Shown: in pieces, positions 23,089 to 35,690 of the stretch
How positions within the stretch are numbered: position 1 is the first letter of the stretch
How the letters are laid out: the number at the start of each line of letters is the position of its first letter
Source of the DNA: Amoebophrya sp. A120
Taxonomy: Eukaryota > Protista > Dinoflagellata
Assembly: GCA_905178155.1 (NCBI GenBank)
Contig: CAJINV010000020.1
Location: 1,116,001 to 1,180,000, forward strand
DNA length: 64,000 nt
Reading direction: 5' to 3'
The notes under the pieces: model-generated
What the model was told of the DNA's origin: nothing
The model's input: only the letters and a program-made list of their open reading frames with translations
The model's database searches: none
Position numbers and translations under genes: made by a program

Positions 23089-26000
23089 TTATTCCGCTAG
23101 GTGATCACGCAACGTCGACGAATTATCGTGGGAGGACGATGTTGTAGTTGTTGCGTGGAGGTTCTGTACACTCGCCGACGTTCTCGTGGTTCTTCTCTGC
23201 GTCTGCTCCCGAAGATAATGATCTGCAGAAGTTGAAGTAGTAGATCTCGTCGTGGTTGCACCAGCAGCGAAGCTGCTAGTCCGAGGAACAACATCACCGC
23301 TGAAGGAGGACGAGCCCGCCTGTGGTCCTCTGGTGCTGCCCATCGCTGCATCGAGGGAGAGGTGGAGCTGCCCCAAATACGGCGCCCGACCGGTGCTACT
23401 GGAGGCAGACAAAACTCCGTCCGGTTCAACCGGCGGCAGCGGCGGAAACCGCGGAATCTTCATGCGTGCGATCTGCGCCTCGAGGGGCAGCTCCTCGGCG
23501 GGTGAGTTCGCCTCGTCATGTTGTTGACCACGCGCTGTTGTTCTAGCTGTGCCCTCAAGTTGTAGAGCTGCGCTAGATGAGGAGCTCCTGCGCAAGTCTC
23601 CTGCAAGAATCCGGTCTAGAGACCACGGCGCGGAGGAGGTGTTATTACGAGAAAACCTCTTGCTTGCCGCACCGTGGAGCTCTCCTGGAGTTTCGGCTTC
23701 TCGTGCTGGTCCACGAACAGTAGCTCCATCGTCATCATCTTCAGAGGTCCTCACTCTCCGAGCGGTTGATGTGCCAGCCATTGGTGCAGTAACCTGGTCA
23801 TCCTCGTCGTCCCCTAAACAATGTTCCGCACTGTAGTTCGTGTTTGCCGCCAGGTTGTTTGTCCTCGGGACAATTTCCGGCGATGTGCCTTCCGAGAAAG
23901 CCGGCTCGTAGGGGTCTTTCTGATCATCATCTTCGTGGTCCATTTTCATTTCTGGTGGTGATGACAACAGCCCTTGAACATGTTGCGCAGTAGACGGCAC
24001 GACGCAAGAGCCAGCATAGCCGGCCCCTCCTGATCCACCAGCACGAGGAGAGGACAAGGAAACCCGCAGCAGCGGCAGCTCGGGGTCGGCGTCGGAAGAC
24101 CATTGCGTTTCCCCTCCGTCATTGTCCACAGGACCACGCGGAGGGACCAGCAGATCTGTTACAACAGGACCAGGCCCTCGTCCAGGTGGTCCTTCATCCT
24201 GCACCACATTCGTATCCCGTTCCCGCTTGAAGGTGTTCGACATCGACTCAGAGGTGGACATCCCCGCGAAAATGTCCGCTAGCACTTCGGCCAGAATCCT
24301 TTCCGCAGCGGCTTCTGCGTTTCGGAGTTCGCTGCGCAGTTGCTGGACCCGGTTCCGGCGCCGCGGATCGGTCCTCCACTTCAGCAGCCCCCGGTGGATT
24401 CGCTGCTCCGCCTGATCGAAAAGTAGTCCTAGTTTGGCCTTCACCCACCCCAGCAAAGTAGAGGAACCTCTGGACGATTCATCTGCACTTCTTCCGGCAA
24501 TGGCTGACCACTCTTCGCGCAACCTTTGGAGGTGTTTCTGCAACTCGCGGAGCTTCAAGCCGTGTTCTCGCTGCGACAACCTCAAAACAGGAGCATGATT
24601 TGGATTTTGTTTTTTTGCCTTCTCACTGCTCCCATCTTCGTTCAACAACTGTGCTTCCGCTAGCAGTGTCTGCAGCGTTTCCGCTGTTTTTCCGATTTCC
24701 ACTTGCAGCCGATCCTTCACTGCTTTCTCGGCCAATAGGAGAGCTTCTGCATTGTAGTTGACACGGCCATGTTGGTCGTGCTTTTTGGTCTTATCACCAC
24801 CGACGGTAAGACCTACAAGTTCGGCGAACTTCAGCTCTGCGCGGGAAAACCACTTTTCCCGCAGTGTTTCGACCTGAAGGGTGATCTGGTGCTCGACTAT
24901 CACAAGAAAAAGTGGTAACGTTAACGGAATTTGGTTTTGGCATGCAGGAATACACAATAAATGATGCCCAAAGTTGTATTGCATAGCATGCATGATAGTG
25001 AAAATTTGTCATGCATGACTGCAATGCCCCAAAACCGTTATCGTTATACACTTTTTTGCTTGATATCGACCGAGGCGATGTCATTCTGCGTCTGGTTTTC
25101 CGTCTGGTTCAGCTCCTGTAGCTTTTCAATCGCGATTTTGCACTCCTCCGCACGACTCGCCAAGTTCACGATGCTTTTGTGCATCGAAGCAGATGTAGCT
25201 GTAGGTGCGTCGTCAGTAGAGGTAGACGATGCTGGCCTTCTCCGCGGCGCTCCTCGAGAAGTTTTCGCATTATTCCCCCGCCGCGGCTCATACCGCCGTA
25301 GAATGCAGTCGCGAATCGCTAACGTCAGCGAGGTTAGCTCTTCCTGCACTTTGGTCGCAACGGCTTGCATCCTTTTCGATGTTGATGCACAACTCGAATC
25401 CACAATTACTCCCGCGCCTTTTTTTGCTGTTGATGATGACGTCGCTCTTTTGCTTGTATCAAAAGTTTCCTGCAGGTTAGTGAGTGTCATTCTCATCTCC
25501 GACACAAATTGCAGAAGCAGCTCGAGATCTCGGGTGTCGTCATCGGACGCGGGGACGCGATTCTCGGTTGGACTGCCGAGACGATTCCCAACTATCTCCG
25601 GAGAGCTTGTTTTATTCAACACCATTGTTCTACCCGGAACCCGAGGAGTCAGACGCAGTGACGTGGTGCTCGCCGGCGGTTGATGTGCACCAGGGCTGGT
25701 CGTGTTTGTTCTACTTGACGAAGGTAGCTGTAATAGCATCGTCGCCCCACGCGGCGTTGGCTCGAAAGCACCGCGCTGTGAGGAGGTTGTACTCCTGCTC
25801 CTCGACGCATTATTGTATAATCGCGCCCTTGTGCTAGAAGAAGCAGACAGGTCAAAATTTGACGCAGGCTCTTCCTCTTTCTGCAGGTCCTTTATTTCCG
25901 ACGTTGCTTGCAGTTCTTGTGCGGGTGGTTCAACAAGACTTTTCAAATTCGCAGCAAAGTCTGTTATGTAGCTGCTCATTCCTTGCCCTACGGAATTCCT

Positions 26001-26813
26001 CACGGTCGTGCTCGACGCCGTGCTCTTGTTAGAGGGAAGGAAAAAGGATGCTGCCCCCACTGCACCTGCCGGCTTTGACGATAAACACGGGCTCGCAGAG
26101 GATGTGGATGTCGGCATCAGACCAATTTTCCCGATCCCTGGCGGGCGGGAAAACAAGGAACTCGAGCGGGAAGTGGTCCGTCTTGCTAGCAGCAGCTTCG
26201 TAGGGCTTTGCTGAAGAAACGAGTTCTGCTGAAACTGCCGGCCCAGGTCGAACCGTGGCGAGAGCGACGCGGACAGCGCTGGTCCATCGCCAAACAGTTG
26301 CCCTGCAGCTCCAGCTCCAGTCAGAGAAAAAGCGGTCTGCGGACGCCGCGGTGATGTGGCCGCTGATGTGGCCAGCTGCGCACTAGCGCCAACATTTCCA
26401 AGTAACAGCGACGGGGACGTAAGGCTAATGCTGCCGCTGCGGAGGTGTGATGATGAGGAACGACCGCGCTGCTGCTGAAGCAGCTGCTGCAGCTCCGAAG
26501 CGAGGGACCGAATTTCCTCGTCCTTGTCCGCGTTTGTCCGCCGCAGCTCCTATGAACTGCAAAAGCATCGTACTCGTATAAATGCATTACAAATTTCCTT
26601 AGCATGAGAAATGAAATTTGTAATGCGGATTTACCTTCAGAAAAAGATTTGTAATGCATGACTGCAATACGAGTACGATACTTTATTTGCACAGGATAGC
26701 TCCGCATTCGCAACGATCAAATGCTGAATCTTGCTGCTGCTGGGGTTGGAGGAACTAGAAGGGGTTGCCATTTTGCGTTTTGGGGTGATTTGACTCAGCT
26801 CCTTTTTAGCCAT
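23089..26813 (-). CDS. Large low-complexity/coiled-coil protein of unknown function (2 introners)
   Basis: ATG at 26813; the frame is continuous through ORFs 25044-26156 and 23089-24993 after removing 26551-26698 and 24898-25065 plus one 5-bp repeat each. Confidence 0.75.
24898..25065. mobile_element. Introner family H (inverted relative to the 16549 copy)
   Basis: TIR; DR TCGAC. Confidence 0.9.
26551..26698. mobile_element. Introner family E
   Basis: TIR; DR GCTCC. Confidence 0.9.
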
Positions 26814-27451
26814 ACCGAGTCCGAGTCTGCGTCCGGACGAGCGTCTAGAAATTGATGTTGCGGACGAAAGAAACTAAGTTTCTTTCGTCCGCAACAACCT
26901 TTATTTTTTGTATGCAAAGTTTATTTTTTGTATGCAAACCTCCGCGGACCGCGGTCTCGGTCTCCGTCTCACCCAATGCCAACACTCCGTTCAACCACAA
27001 TGGTTCCACATTCATCCATCATGTTCTCTCTCAAGAAGGCGGGTATATTACACCGGCAGAAGTTGAAAAAAAGCTTGACTCAGACGTTTCACAGTCCGCG
27101 TGCGATCTCAAAGCTCACGACTTTCTATGACTGTCGCGATTTTATCTCCTGGCGCTGCAGGAAAGGTGCCTGCCACGCCACTGTCGTAGCTACCGGGTGA
27201 GGTGGATTCGTCGACGTCCATTACGATCAAATTAATTTCACGGGGTGAAACAAAGGAGGACAACAACATTATCTATTATTTCCTGCCAATTTTATCAATC
27301 CAATACAAAGCCACCAAAGCTTTCTCAAATCAGTTCATCTTCGTAAGGACAAGCATGGAGTTCCATTTTCTCATTTTTACTTGTCAAAGAGCCAAATCTA
27401 CTTAAACCGTGGCCAATGTGCGCTTTCTTAAACACCCCATCGCAACATCCC

Positions 27452-30400
27452 TCACCACTCGAACGAAGGTCGGTACTGCAACTTCGGCGCAGCCGTGTCT
27501 GCGTGGTCGCGGTTGACATGATTCCCTTGCAACGGCTCATCTGGATGCGGTGGTGGCGTGTACACGCAGTCGCAAAGGCTCGCCATGACCTCCGGGTTCC
27601 CCACGTCATACTCTACGCTCGTGAACGTTTCCTGCTCGAGTTTTTTCTGCTCGCCCCCGAAATTCTTTAACCACATGTCCATTTGTTGCTGTTTCACGGT
27701 TTTTCTTCTCTTCGGGGGAGCAGCGACCGGGGCTACTCCAACAGTCGGGGGCGCATTCGGGAACAAGGGTCCCAGAGGGCTTGCGGCCGTGGCTCCTTCT
27801 CGTTGTTGAGCTGCTCCCGCAGAAGTAGTTGTCGTGAGCTGCACATACAAGCCTGCTTCGGTATCTTTCCGAAACATGCAGACCAGCTGCTCCGGCTTCA
27901 TGTGGTGCACGACATAACTGCGATCGTTCAAGGGCGCCCAGCAATTGTTTGGATGGGTGATTTCGGTGCAGCACCTGATAAGTGATACACGGGTAGAAGT
28001 CTTTGTGAATGTGAGTGTACTATAGTTGCAAACATTTTGATGTAATGGCTTTTGTTGGGATAAAATGATCTACATCTTCAGATTTTTTGGATGAATTCAC
28101 AGCAACAATGAAAAAAATCACAAGTGTAGAACTACAAAAGTACTTTGCATCCATGGCGAAATGTTCCTCCATCATATCGTAGAGTGTCACCGAGGCCAAG
28201 TTATGCAGTGCAAAAGAAGATGAAGGATGATGGCACACGATACTGAAACTGATAAACGCAAATGCTTTCAAAAGAAATAAAAGGACGAAAAGCGGAACTT
28301 GTCATGCAGGCACGGCTACTACGGTTGAGGAAGAAAATCCGCCTTCGCGTATCAAGACTAAGATGAAGTACATTTTTGCAAAAAATTAGGATAAAGACTC
28401 CGTGCGATATTTCGCACAAGAACTACTTTTGCTGTGGATACAAATCCCGGCGAACTAATTGGTGCAGGTACAAGCCGTAGCTCGCGTCTTCCACCCGCAG
28501 GCGCGTCAACCGCTTTTTCCGGTCTTCCTCGACGAATTTCCGCACCAAATCCAGGGTGATCACCACCCCCGCCCCCCGCGCGTACGGCGGAAAGACGTCG
28601 TTGTATCGTGAGGAAAAATCTCCCCTCGCCAAACTCACAACTGAAATTTGTGATGCTGGTTTGTGATCATAAATCAGCTTTGTCTTGCATATGAGGCAAA
28701 TGCTAGCCGTGTGGCGCATTCCACAGCTAAGCTGTCATGCGCTTTTGCCTACTGCAAAGCTGTCTGTCATGCCTGAGTGCTAGCCCTTTGCATACCTAAT
28801 CAGCCTTAGGAAGTGTTGCCTGCCAGCGCTTGCTGCAATACAGCAATGATTTGTGTACACAAATCCAGCAACAGAAATTTGCGTTTCAATATGGGGAGGG
28901 GGCTTTTTTTCACTTTGATACGCTGACAAACTTTTCGTCCGCAAGGAAGTGCGCGGAATCGGGATCCCGGATCACCTCACCGCTGTAGTCGAAGGCGCCC
29001 AGGTAGAGTTGGGCGCGCTGGAGCTGGTTCAGGTGCTGGAAGAACTGCACGGGGCGCAGGTAGATGTCGTCGTCAATTTTCAAAATGTACCCCGCGTCGG
29101 TGTGGTTCGCCACCCAGTGCCACATCTGCATCCCCTGGTTGCCGATCGGGTACTCGGGCGGCGCGTCGACGAACACAACATCCCGAAACAGCTCCGCCTC
29201 GATATCCTGTGCAGAAGTATCGCACTCATAGTACTAATTGCACTTGTGCATTACATTTTTTTCTCAAGGCAAATCAGCATTACAAATTCAATTTGTAATC
29301 ATGCTGGGCTAATTATTTGTAATGCAATTTATACTAGTACGATACTTTTGCAATGCATACTCGCCGCGCAACAGCCAATCCGGGTCTTCCTCGTCCGATT
29401 GTTCGCTCCCCACCCGATTCACGAAAAATTTGTAGGTCACCCGCATCGGACTCTCGTCGCGCTGCGGCCGCGCCTTGTTCGGCCCCGGACCGCGGGGTAG
29501 GTCGTTTTCGAGAACTTTCAGCCAGGTGTCGCGCATTGCCTGGCGCCGGTTGAAGTTCGCTTTGCCGGACAGCACCCCGATGAAAGCGAAGGGGGTCAAC
29601 TGCGCCTGTTCCTGCTCCCGGCACACCATTCGCGCCTGCTGCAAAAGGTTCTCTTCGAAGGGGAGGCGGTACCGGTAGTAGAAAAAGTCCTGCACCAGCT
29701 TCAGCGACGACTGCATCACGTAAATCGCGTCCGAGTGGGCGGATTCGGTGAGAAACTTGTGCGCGGACTGCGGCGTGAAGCTCGGGAAGCGGAACTTCGC
29801 GACCGCGTACTTGAAGTAGTAGCAGTAATCAAGAAAATGTTTGAAAATCGGTTCCCCGGTAGTTTCGTCCTGCCACCAGAGAAAGGTGGGCACCACGCCG
29901 TGCGCGATGGCTTCCAACAGTCGCGGCGAGGGGAGGTCCTGGTTGTCCTGGCCGAACAGGATGGAGAAGGTGTAGTTTTGGAACGCCGGGAGTCGCGTCT
30001 CCGTGGTCAGGTCGATGAAGACGTCGTTCGGAAAATTTTCCCGCGCCTCTTCGATATCAAATGTAAAACTGTCTGGGTCTCCTGGAAGAGTCATGCTGTT
30101 TCTGCATGACACGGAAGGTCTGGCATGGAAGCTCTAGCATCACAGGTTTCGAGAAGCTTCCGCAATGCCGAACCCGCATGACAAATCCCCCATTTTGGTG
30201 ACAGAAAGTGAGCAGCTTTTGCTACCCATGCATGAGAGATTTTTGTGTGTTCTGAAATGCGCATCACAGGTTACATCCTTCCAGACCCAGACATTTATTT
30301 TTGCACTTGATATTCGAACAGAGAAAACATCAATTGGTCCATCGTTTCCAAGGGCGGGATATGAACTGCAAAAGTATCGTACTAGTGGTAATTGCAACAC

Positions 30401-32730
30401 AAATTCGCTCAGCACGACAAATGGAATTTCTCATGCTGATTTGCCTTGGGAACCAGATTTGTGATGCATAATTGCGATTACTACGAGTACGATACTTTTG
30501 CACAGGATACGGGAAGAGGAAGGAAACTTTCCGCACCCCCATCTTCGCCTCGGTTAGGTGTCTCGGAAATCTGGGGAACACCCGGTGGTCCAAATGATAC
30601 AAAGGGTGGCTGGCCTTCCCAAACGGAACCAAGTCCGTCGCGTCAGTGAAGGTGGCCCGGAACATCCCCAACTGCAGGGGCTCGTTTGTGTGCGGATCGG
30701 TCAGGGGCTCCTTGTTGGAGAGCCAAATCACGGGACAGGGTTCGTTTCTGGTGACGGCGAGGGATGCGTTGGAGCGGAGGTAGATCGTCGGCTCCAAACT
30801 CCCCGTATGGAGAAAAGAAAAGAGTGCTTCGGTTTTTCTTTTTACACGAATATGTAGCAGGAGGAGGAAGGGAATATCAAACGGAAAGGCAGATGACAAG
30901 CACTTTCATGCGGGACGAGAGCAGGCCCAGGCCCAGAAGTGTTGCAAATTTATTTTGTCGTGGTCGTTTTCGAGCAGACCAACAAAGCTGTGTTGCTAGA
31001 AGTACAAAACACATTTGTGAAAGCTATAGAGCACTTTTTTCTACTTCGGATACGCCGCGTTCGTTCCACAGTGCCCCGGGAAAATTAGGCAGAGTTTGAA
31101 TATGATGACCCCTCGAAGAATCTGTAGCGCCGCGCTGTCACGCATTATACTCATGGCCCTCCTGCTGCACGACCACCTGCCGCCTGGTACAGCACCTCTC
31201 CGCCACCGCAAACGCCTCTCGCGCATGTCCTCCCGTAGGTAAATTTGATTCCAGAACAAGCCACGAAGCGTAATTTTCGCGTAGTGGGTGATGACGCAGT
31301 AGGTGAAATCCAGGGCGATAATGGAGCACAGCAAGAAGATCCACAACGCCCAGAACGAAACGGAAAAAACCTCTGAAATAAAAACATCGTAAGCGAACTG
31401 GAAGTGTCGCGGTCCTAATATTTGTTCGGTGCCCCAGTAGTTGGTGGACGTGGATGTTGTCGTGCTGGTGGAGGGCTGTAAGGAGAGCTGCGGTGGAGGT
31501 TCTTGTGGCGCGGTGTTGAGGTTGATGCTCCGTGCGCCGCCGATCATGCTGCAGTACTCGTGCGAGTCGTAGTGCGCGTTGAAGTCATTGTGTGGCACGG
31601 GTTGCTATGCAAAGAAAAAACTGTTTCACTGGGATGATTTTGCAAGATCTGCATCACAAGTTTGCTACACATGAGACTTCTAAAAACCTGTCATGCGCGT
31701 TTACCAAGGGAAAACACGCTTGAATTCCAATCCCGTGCATGTGTAGCAACACAAACAGTTGCGTGCTCCATTCTATGCATCACAAGTTCACAGTGAAACA
31801 GTTTTTTCGTGCGATAGTTGCCCTGCGTGATCTAATGGGGTCATTGGCGGAGGATTCGGCACTGCGCCGTCGGGAGGGTCGTCAGCGTCCCACAGCGTAA
31901 CGATTGGCATTATCTCCGTATGGATTACAAAAGTACAATTTCTATCGCACTGCAGTGTACTAGCCTGACGTTGGAAGTGCAGCGCGGCGAATTTCAGTAA
32001 AGCGAAGGGAAGTTTGTAAGTATAATTTGAAAAAATGCGGTCAAAAAAGGTAGGAGTAGTTGTGGGAGACGAGAAGAAACAGAAAGATGCAACTTGCGGC
32101 ACGGCATGAAAAACTATCTCCACCATGACCATTTGCATGAGAAGTACGTGTACGACAAAAACTTTTGCATTGAGGATAGCGATAGTATTCCTTGCCACCA
32201 CTGTCGCTCGTGCTTTTGATCCCGTTCGTGCTTTTATTCTTGACCTTTTTGAGGAGCTTGAAAGAGTAAGCAAAAAGACGATTTTTGTCGTCGCTTCGTT
32301 GCGGTGGCGTGCGCCATCGGCCTAGCGGGCGCTCGACCACATCGACCCGTAAAATCTTCGCTGATATCTGGAAAAGTTTGTCCCACGACTCCGACACGTT
32401 CTTTCGGAAATCTATCGCTCCGCTTCCAGCAAGGCAATCCACTTCGGCCTGCAGCTTCCGACGAAAACTCGCCTGGAGTTGCTGAAGCAGATCATTTTTG
32501 TCGGAGCTACACTCTCTGTTGTAGTCAACAGCATTCGGCTTTTTATCTTGTTCTTTTCCTTTATTCGCTAGTATCCTTCGGCTTTTTCTCCAGCTGGCTC
32601 TTACCGTGTGGAATAGCTTCTCGTGCTGTGGACTGCGAGTACTCGTACTCTGATGAAAGGCTTCAATGCTCGTACTCGGACAGGCGGTCGCGGAGAAAAA
32701 GGGATTTCTTTCCTTCATCATCATTCCCAT
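27452..32730 (-). CDS. Membrane glycosyltransferase with exostosin(GT47)-like and GT31 galactosyltransferase domains (7 introners)
   Basis: SPRLLEAIAHGVVP (exostosin-like); FIGVLS...NFNRRQAMRDTW, YILKIDDDIYLR, FPPYARGAG and VEDASYGL (GT31). Canonical intron 27975-28143. The 5' end above ~32040 is uncertain. Confidence 0.75.
28202..28440. mobile_element. Diverged introner (E-like)
   Basis: TAT..GCAAAAG TIR; DR CAAGT/CAAAT (synonymous). Confidence 0.75.
28604..28920. mobile_element. Introner (singleton TIR)
   Basis: TATC...AAAAA..CCCCTC.CC TIR; DR CGTTG/CGCTG; restores DVFPPY. Confidence 0.85.
29203..29359. mobile_element. Introner family E
   Basis: TIR; DR CTCGA/CTCGC. Confidence 0.9.
30055..30312. 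mobile_element. Introner family C
   Basis: TIR; DR TTCGA. Confidence 0.9.
30360..30509. mobile_element. Introner family E
   Basis: TGCAAAAGTATCGTACT TIR; DR CGGGA. Confidence 0.9.
30806..31052. mobile_element. Diverged introner
   Basis: Weak TIR (AGAAAA.AGTGCT); DR CCCCG/CGCCG; joins two ORFs in frame. Confidence 0.7.
31606..31816. mobile_element. Introner family G
   Basis: GAAAAAACTGTTTCACTG TIR; DR GTTGC. Confidence 0.9.
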
Positions 32731-35464
32731 CGTTTTGTTTGTAACCCCTGAGCAGGTAGTAGAGCAGGAATTAACGCGAGAGCTATTGCTGTGCGTGGTG
32801 AAATTATCCTCAATCGTCGTTGTTGTTCTTCACAACTTTGAGGGTCGTCGAAACTTTTAAACTAACAAGCAGATCTTCATCGTCATCCAAAATCCCGTAT
32901 CACTATCGTCGCTATTTCTTGTGGCGGCTGTAGCAAGAACTGTGCTGGAGCTGATGAAGATGCGCAACTCACTGTAAGTATGCTTCGGCGGACGATCTTA
33001 CCATTAATAGCCGAAGGTTTATTTCTTTACAGAGAGGACTACAACTCATTTACTTCACACAAGAACCATGGGCGGCAATAGTTGGCACCAGGATCGTCCG
33101 GACAGAAGTACAAAAACAAAAACACCAACTACAGCAGGACCAAACAAAACCATGCGAAAGAACCAGTAAAAAAGATCACGAGCCAAGCTCAAGCATTCGC
33201 TGCGGCGGGGGCGGTTTGGCTTTGCTTGCGGCCCTGCATGAACTTAATAGCCCGTGATTCGAGCATCAACCTCAACAGGAACGTGAAGCAAACGTGTGGG
33301 GCTTCCAAATCTGCGGGAAACTGGTCCTTTCTGCGTCACAGGTGCGACATGGATCTAGAGAAAAGCAACACACAGTAGAAAAGTGAAACGGACATCCGTC
33401 GAGGATCCCTCTCTTTGTCGGCGCTAATGCGCTCGGTCTCGGGCGGTGAAAGTATACTCGGAAAAAAGCATGCTTCCCCTACGTAAAAAGGACAAAACAA
33501 TGCACAAGCGCGGACGGTTTTTGGATGCTTGGTATAAGGATCTCATGCGTTCCAGACCGAGACACCCCAAACCGCAGTAACAACACCAGAAGAGGTTGCT
33601 CATAGATACTTTGCCAAATCAATGCAATTTAAACATCACGACCAGCGTCCTAGATCCTTGTGAAGTTTATGGATCTGCGTTTTTCTTTTCTCAGAAGAAG
33701 TCAGTGGTCTCCTACTAGTACTCCCGTCATCAGCTTTGTACTTTTACAGTTTCAGTGTCTAGCCACAGTTCTTAATCTGAAACAGCGAACAACACACGAA
33801 CCAATCAGCCGCCATGCAAAACTTCGGCCACCACTTGGCGTCGCCAAAGGCAATCTTGATTATTCAAATCGGGCGTGCCTGTGAAGGGATATATCATCGA
33901 AGAGTTTTCATGCGCGGAGCGCAGCAGCATGCCCGACCTCAGGCAACAGACTTTCACTTTTCCCGATAGAATGAATCATACACTTTTTCGAGTGAGTGTT
34001 TGGCTTTCAGGCGTCAGCGTCAAGATCAACAACCGGACTAATGCTCACTTGTGTGAGTAGACCCACTGCGAATTTGTGTGAATAGACACACCTGCGTCGG
34101 CAAGTCGGCTGCCGCTGCAACTTGTAGAGATTTTGTATATGCTGACGATGACGCTGCGCTTCATCTCTCTCATGAACGAAGTCTACTGATTTGAGCGCTA
34201 CGTCGGAGTGCTTTACATAGCGTCTACTTTGAACTGGTACAGCTGAGGTGTCGACAAATATTATTTGTAAGTTTAATAAAGAGAAATATACTTGTTTAAT
34301 AAGTAAAGCACACTACTGGGCTTTTTCCATTCCTTTTCAAGGAAAAAAGCCTCTTCTATGTTCATTTTTCAAATACAGTAGACGTCTTAAACCACTATCC
34401 AAATACACATACTTCGACTCAAGAGGGCTTCGTCGGTCTAGCTGAGATAGTTCTGCTGCCGCTCCGCTCCGCTGTACGTGCGTGCTTTTTGCGCCCTCGT
34501 GCAACTGTTGGCAAATCTTGCAGAAAAATGCGGGTCGAGTCGATTGCTATACTTTTACACCCGGAGTTCGACTATGTACGATGTAAATCTTATATGATCG
34601 CTCTAAGTTCTTGGATTGTTAGTGAAGTGTACAAAAGCGCTCGGGTGAGGCTGGCTCTGATATAGATTACAGCAAAGCGCGCGGTTTGGCTTGTCGGAGC
34701 TTTTTTCCATGAACTGCTTTGGAGCTCTAGTTCTGTCTCTGTCGCACCACTATCAGAATCAGAACAAAATACGGATACCATAGCATGAGTAAGTACACAG
34801 CGTAATTTTTTGCTCCTCGCTACGAATCTATAACGAGGCACCGGCGATGCCAGCGCTCGCATTTTTATGGATATCGATATTGATATTTATTGGTCTCTAT
34901 CTCTTCTATTTATTCCCATAATATTTCTCAGCGGTTCGTGGTGCGGAGGCAGCGCCTGAACGTCCTGTGGCGGACGCGGAGCCAGCGGCGGGTAGGTTTG
35001 AAGTAGATCTCGCCGAAGTAGCGTCTGTAGGTTTGCCACGGAAGCGGGAGCCGCGTAACTCGTTTCCATAGCATATAGCATCCACTGGCCCAGTGTCGAG
35101 ACGGCAGAAGACGGCCCCCAGTGGTGGTTTAGGGTTTCTTCTGCCGCGCGAAGATAGGAACTGTCGCCAAGGTTTTTGAAGTCTTGCAGAAAGAGTTTGC
35201 GGCACGAGTACTTGCGCCTTCTGTTTTGCAAGGCTTCCGCTTTGCCAGCTGGTCCTCGTTTTGCAATGCTCGATAGCGACACGTTGGCCCCGCCACTATC
35301 ATTATGAAAACACGACCCAATTATATCCCATGCTCGTTCTCAAGCTGCACCATATTGAGAAGCATTTCTTATAACAACAACGAGTGGACACCCGCAGCCG
35401 CAGCCAGAGCCACGGGCAACGGATCCCCTCCCAGGGGGATAGGCAGGGAAGATCTTTCGGCGAT

Positions 35465-35507
35465 CTCAACACACAGAAGCCGACCTCAACACACAGAAGC
35501 CGACCTC
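35465..35507. repeat. 20-bp tandem duplication
   Basis: CTCAACACACAGAAGCCGAC x2. Confidence 0.85.
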
Positions 35508-35690
35508 GTCGAGATGGCTTCCATTGCATATAATTTGGCATTGAGCATGACAGTGCACAAGATAGGGCTGGAAGTCAGCCGAACAGGTATTGCGTTGCGA
35601 TTCGCGGCAGATGTGACGCTCGCACTCTTCTGCTGATGAAAATCCTCTGTATATGGAGTAAGATGCCCCTCCACGAAAAGTAGAACTAAA

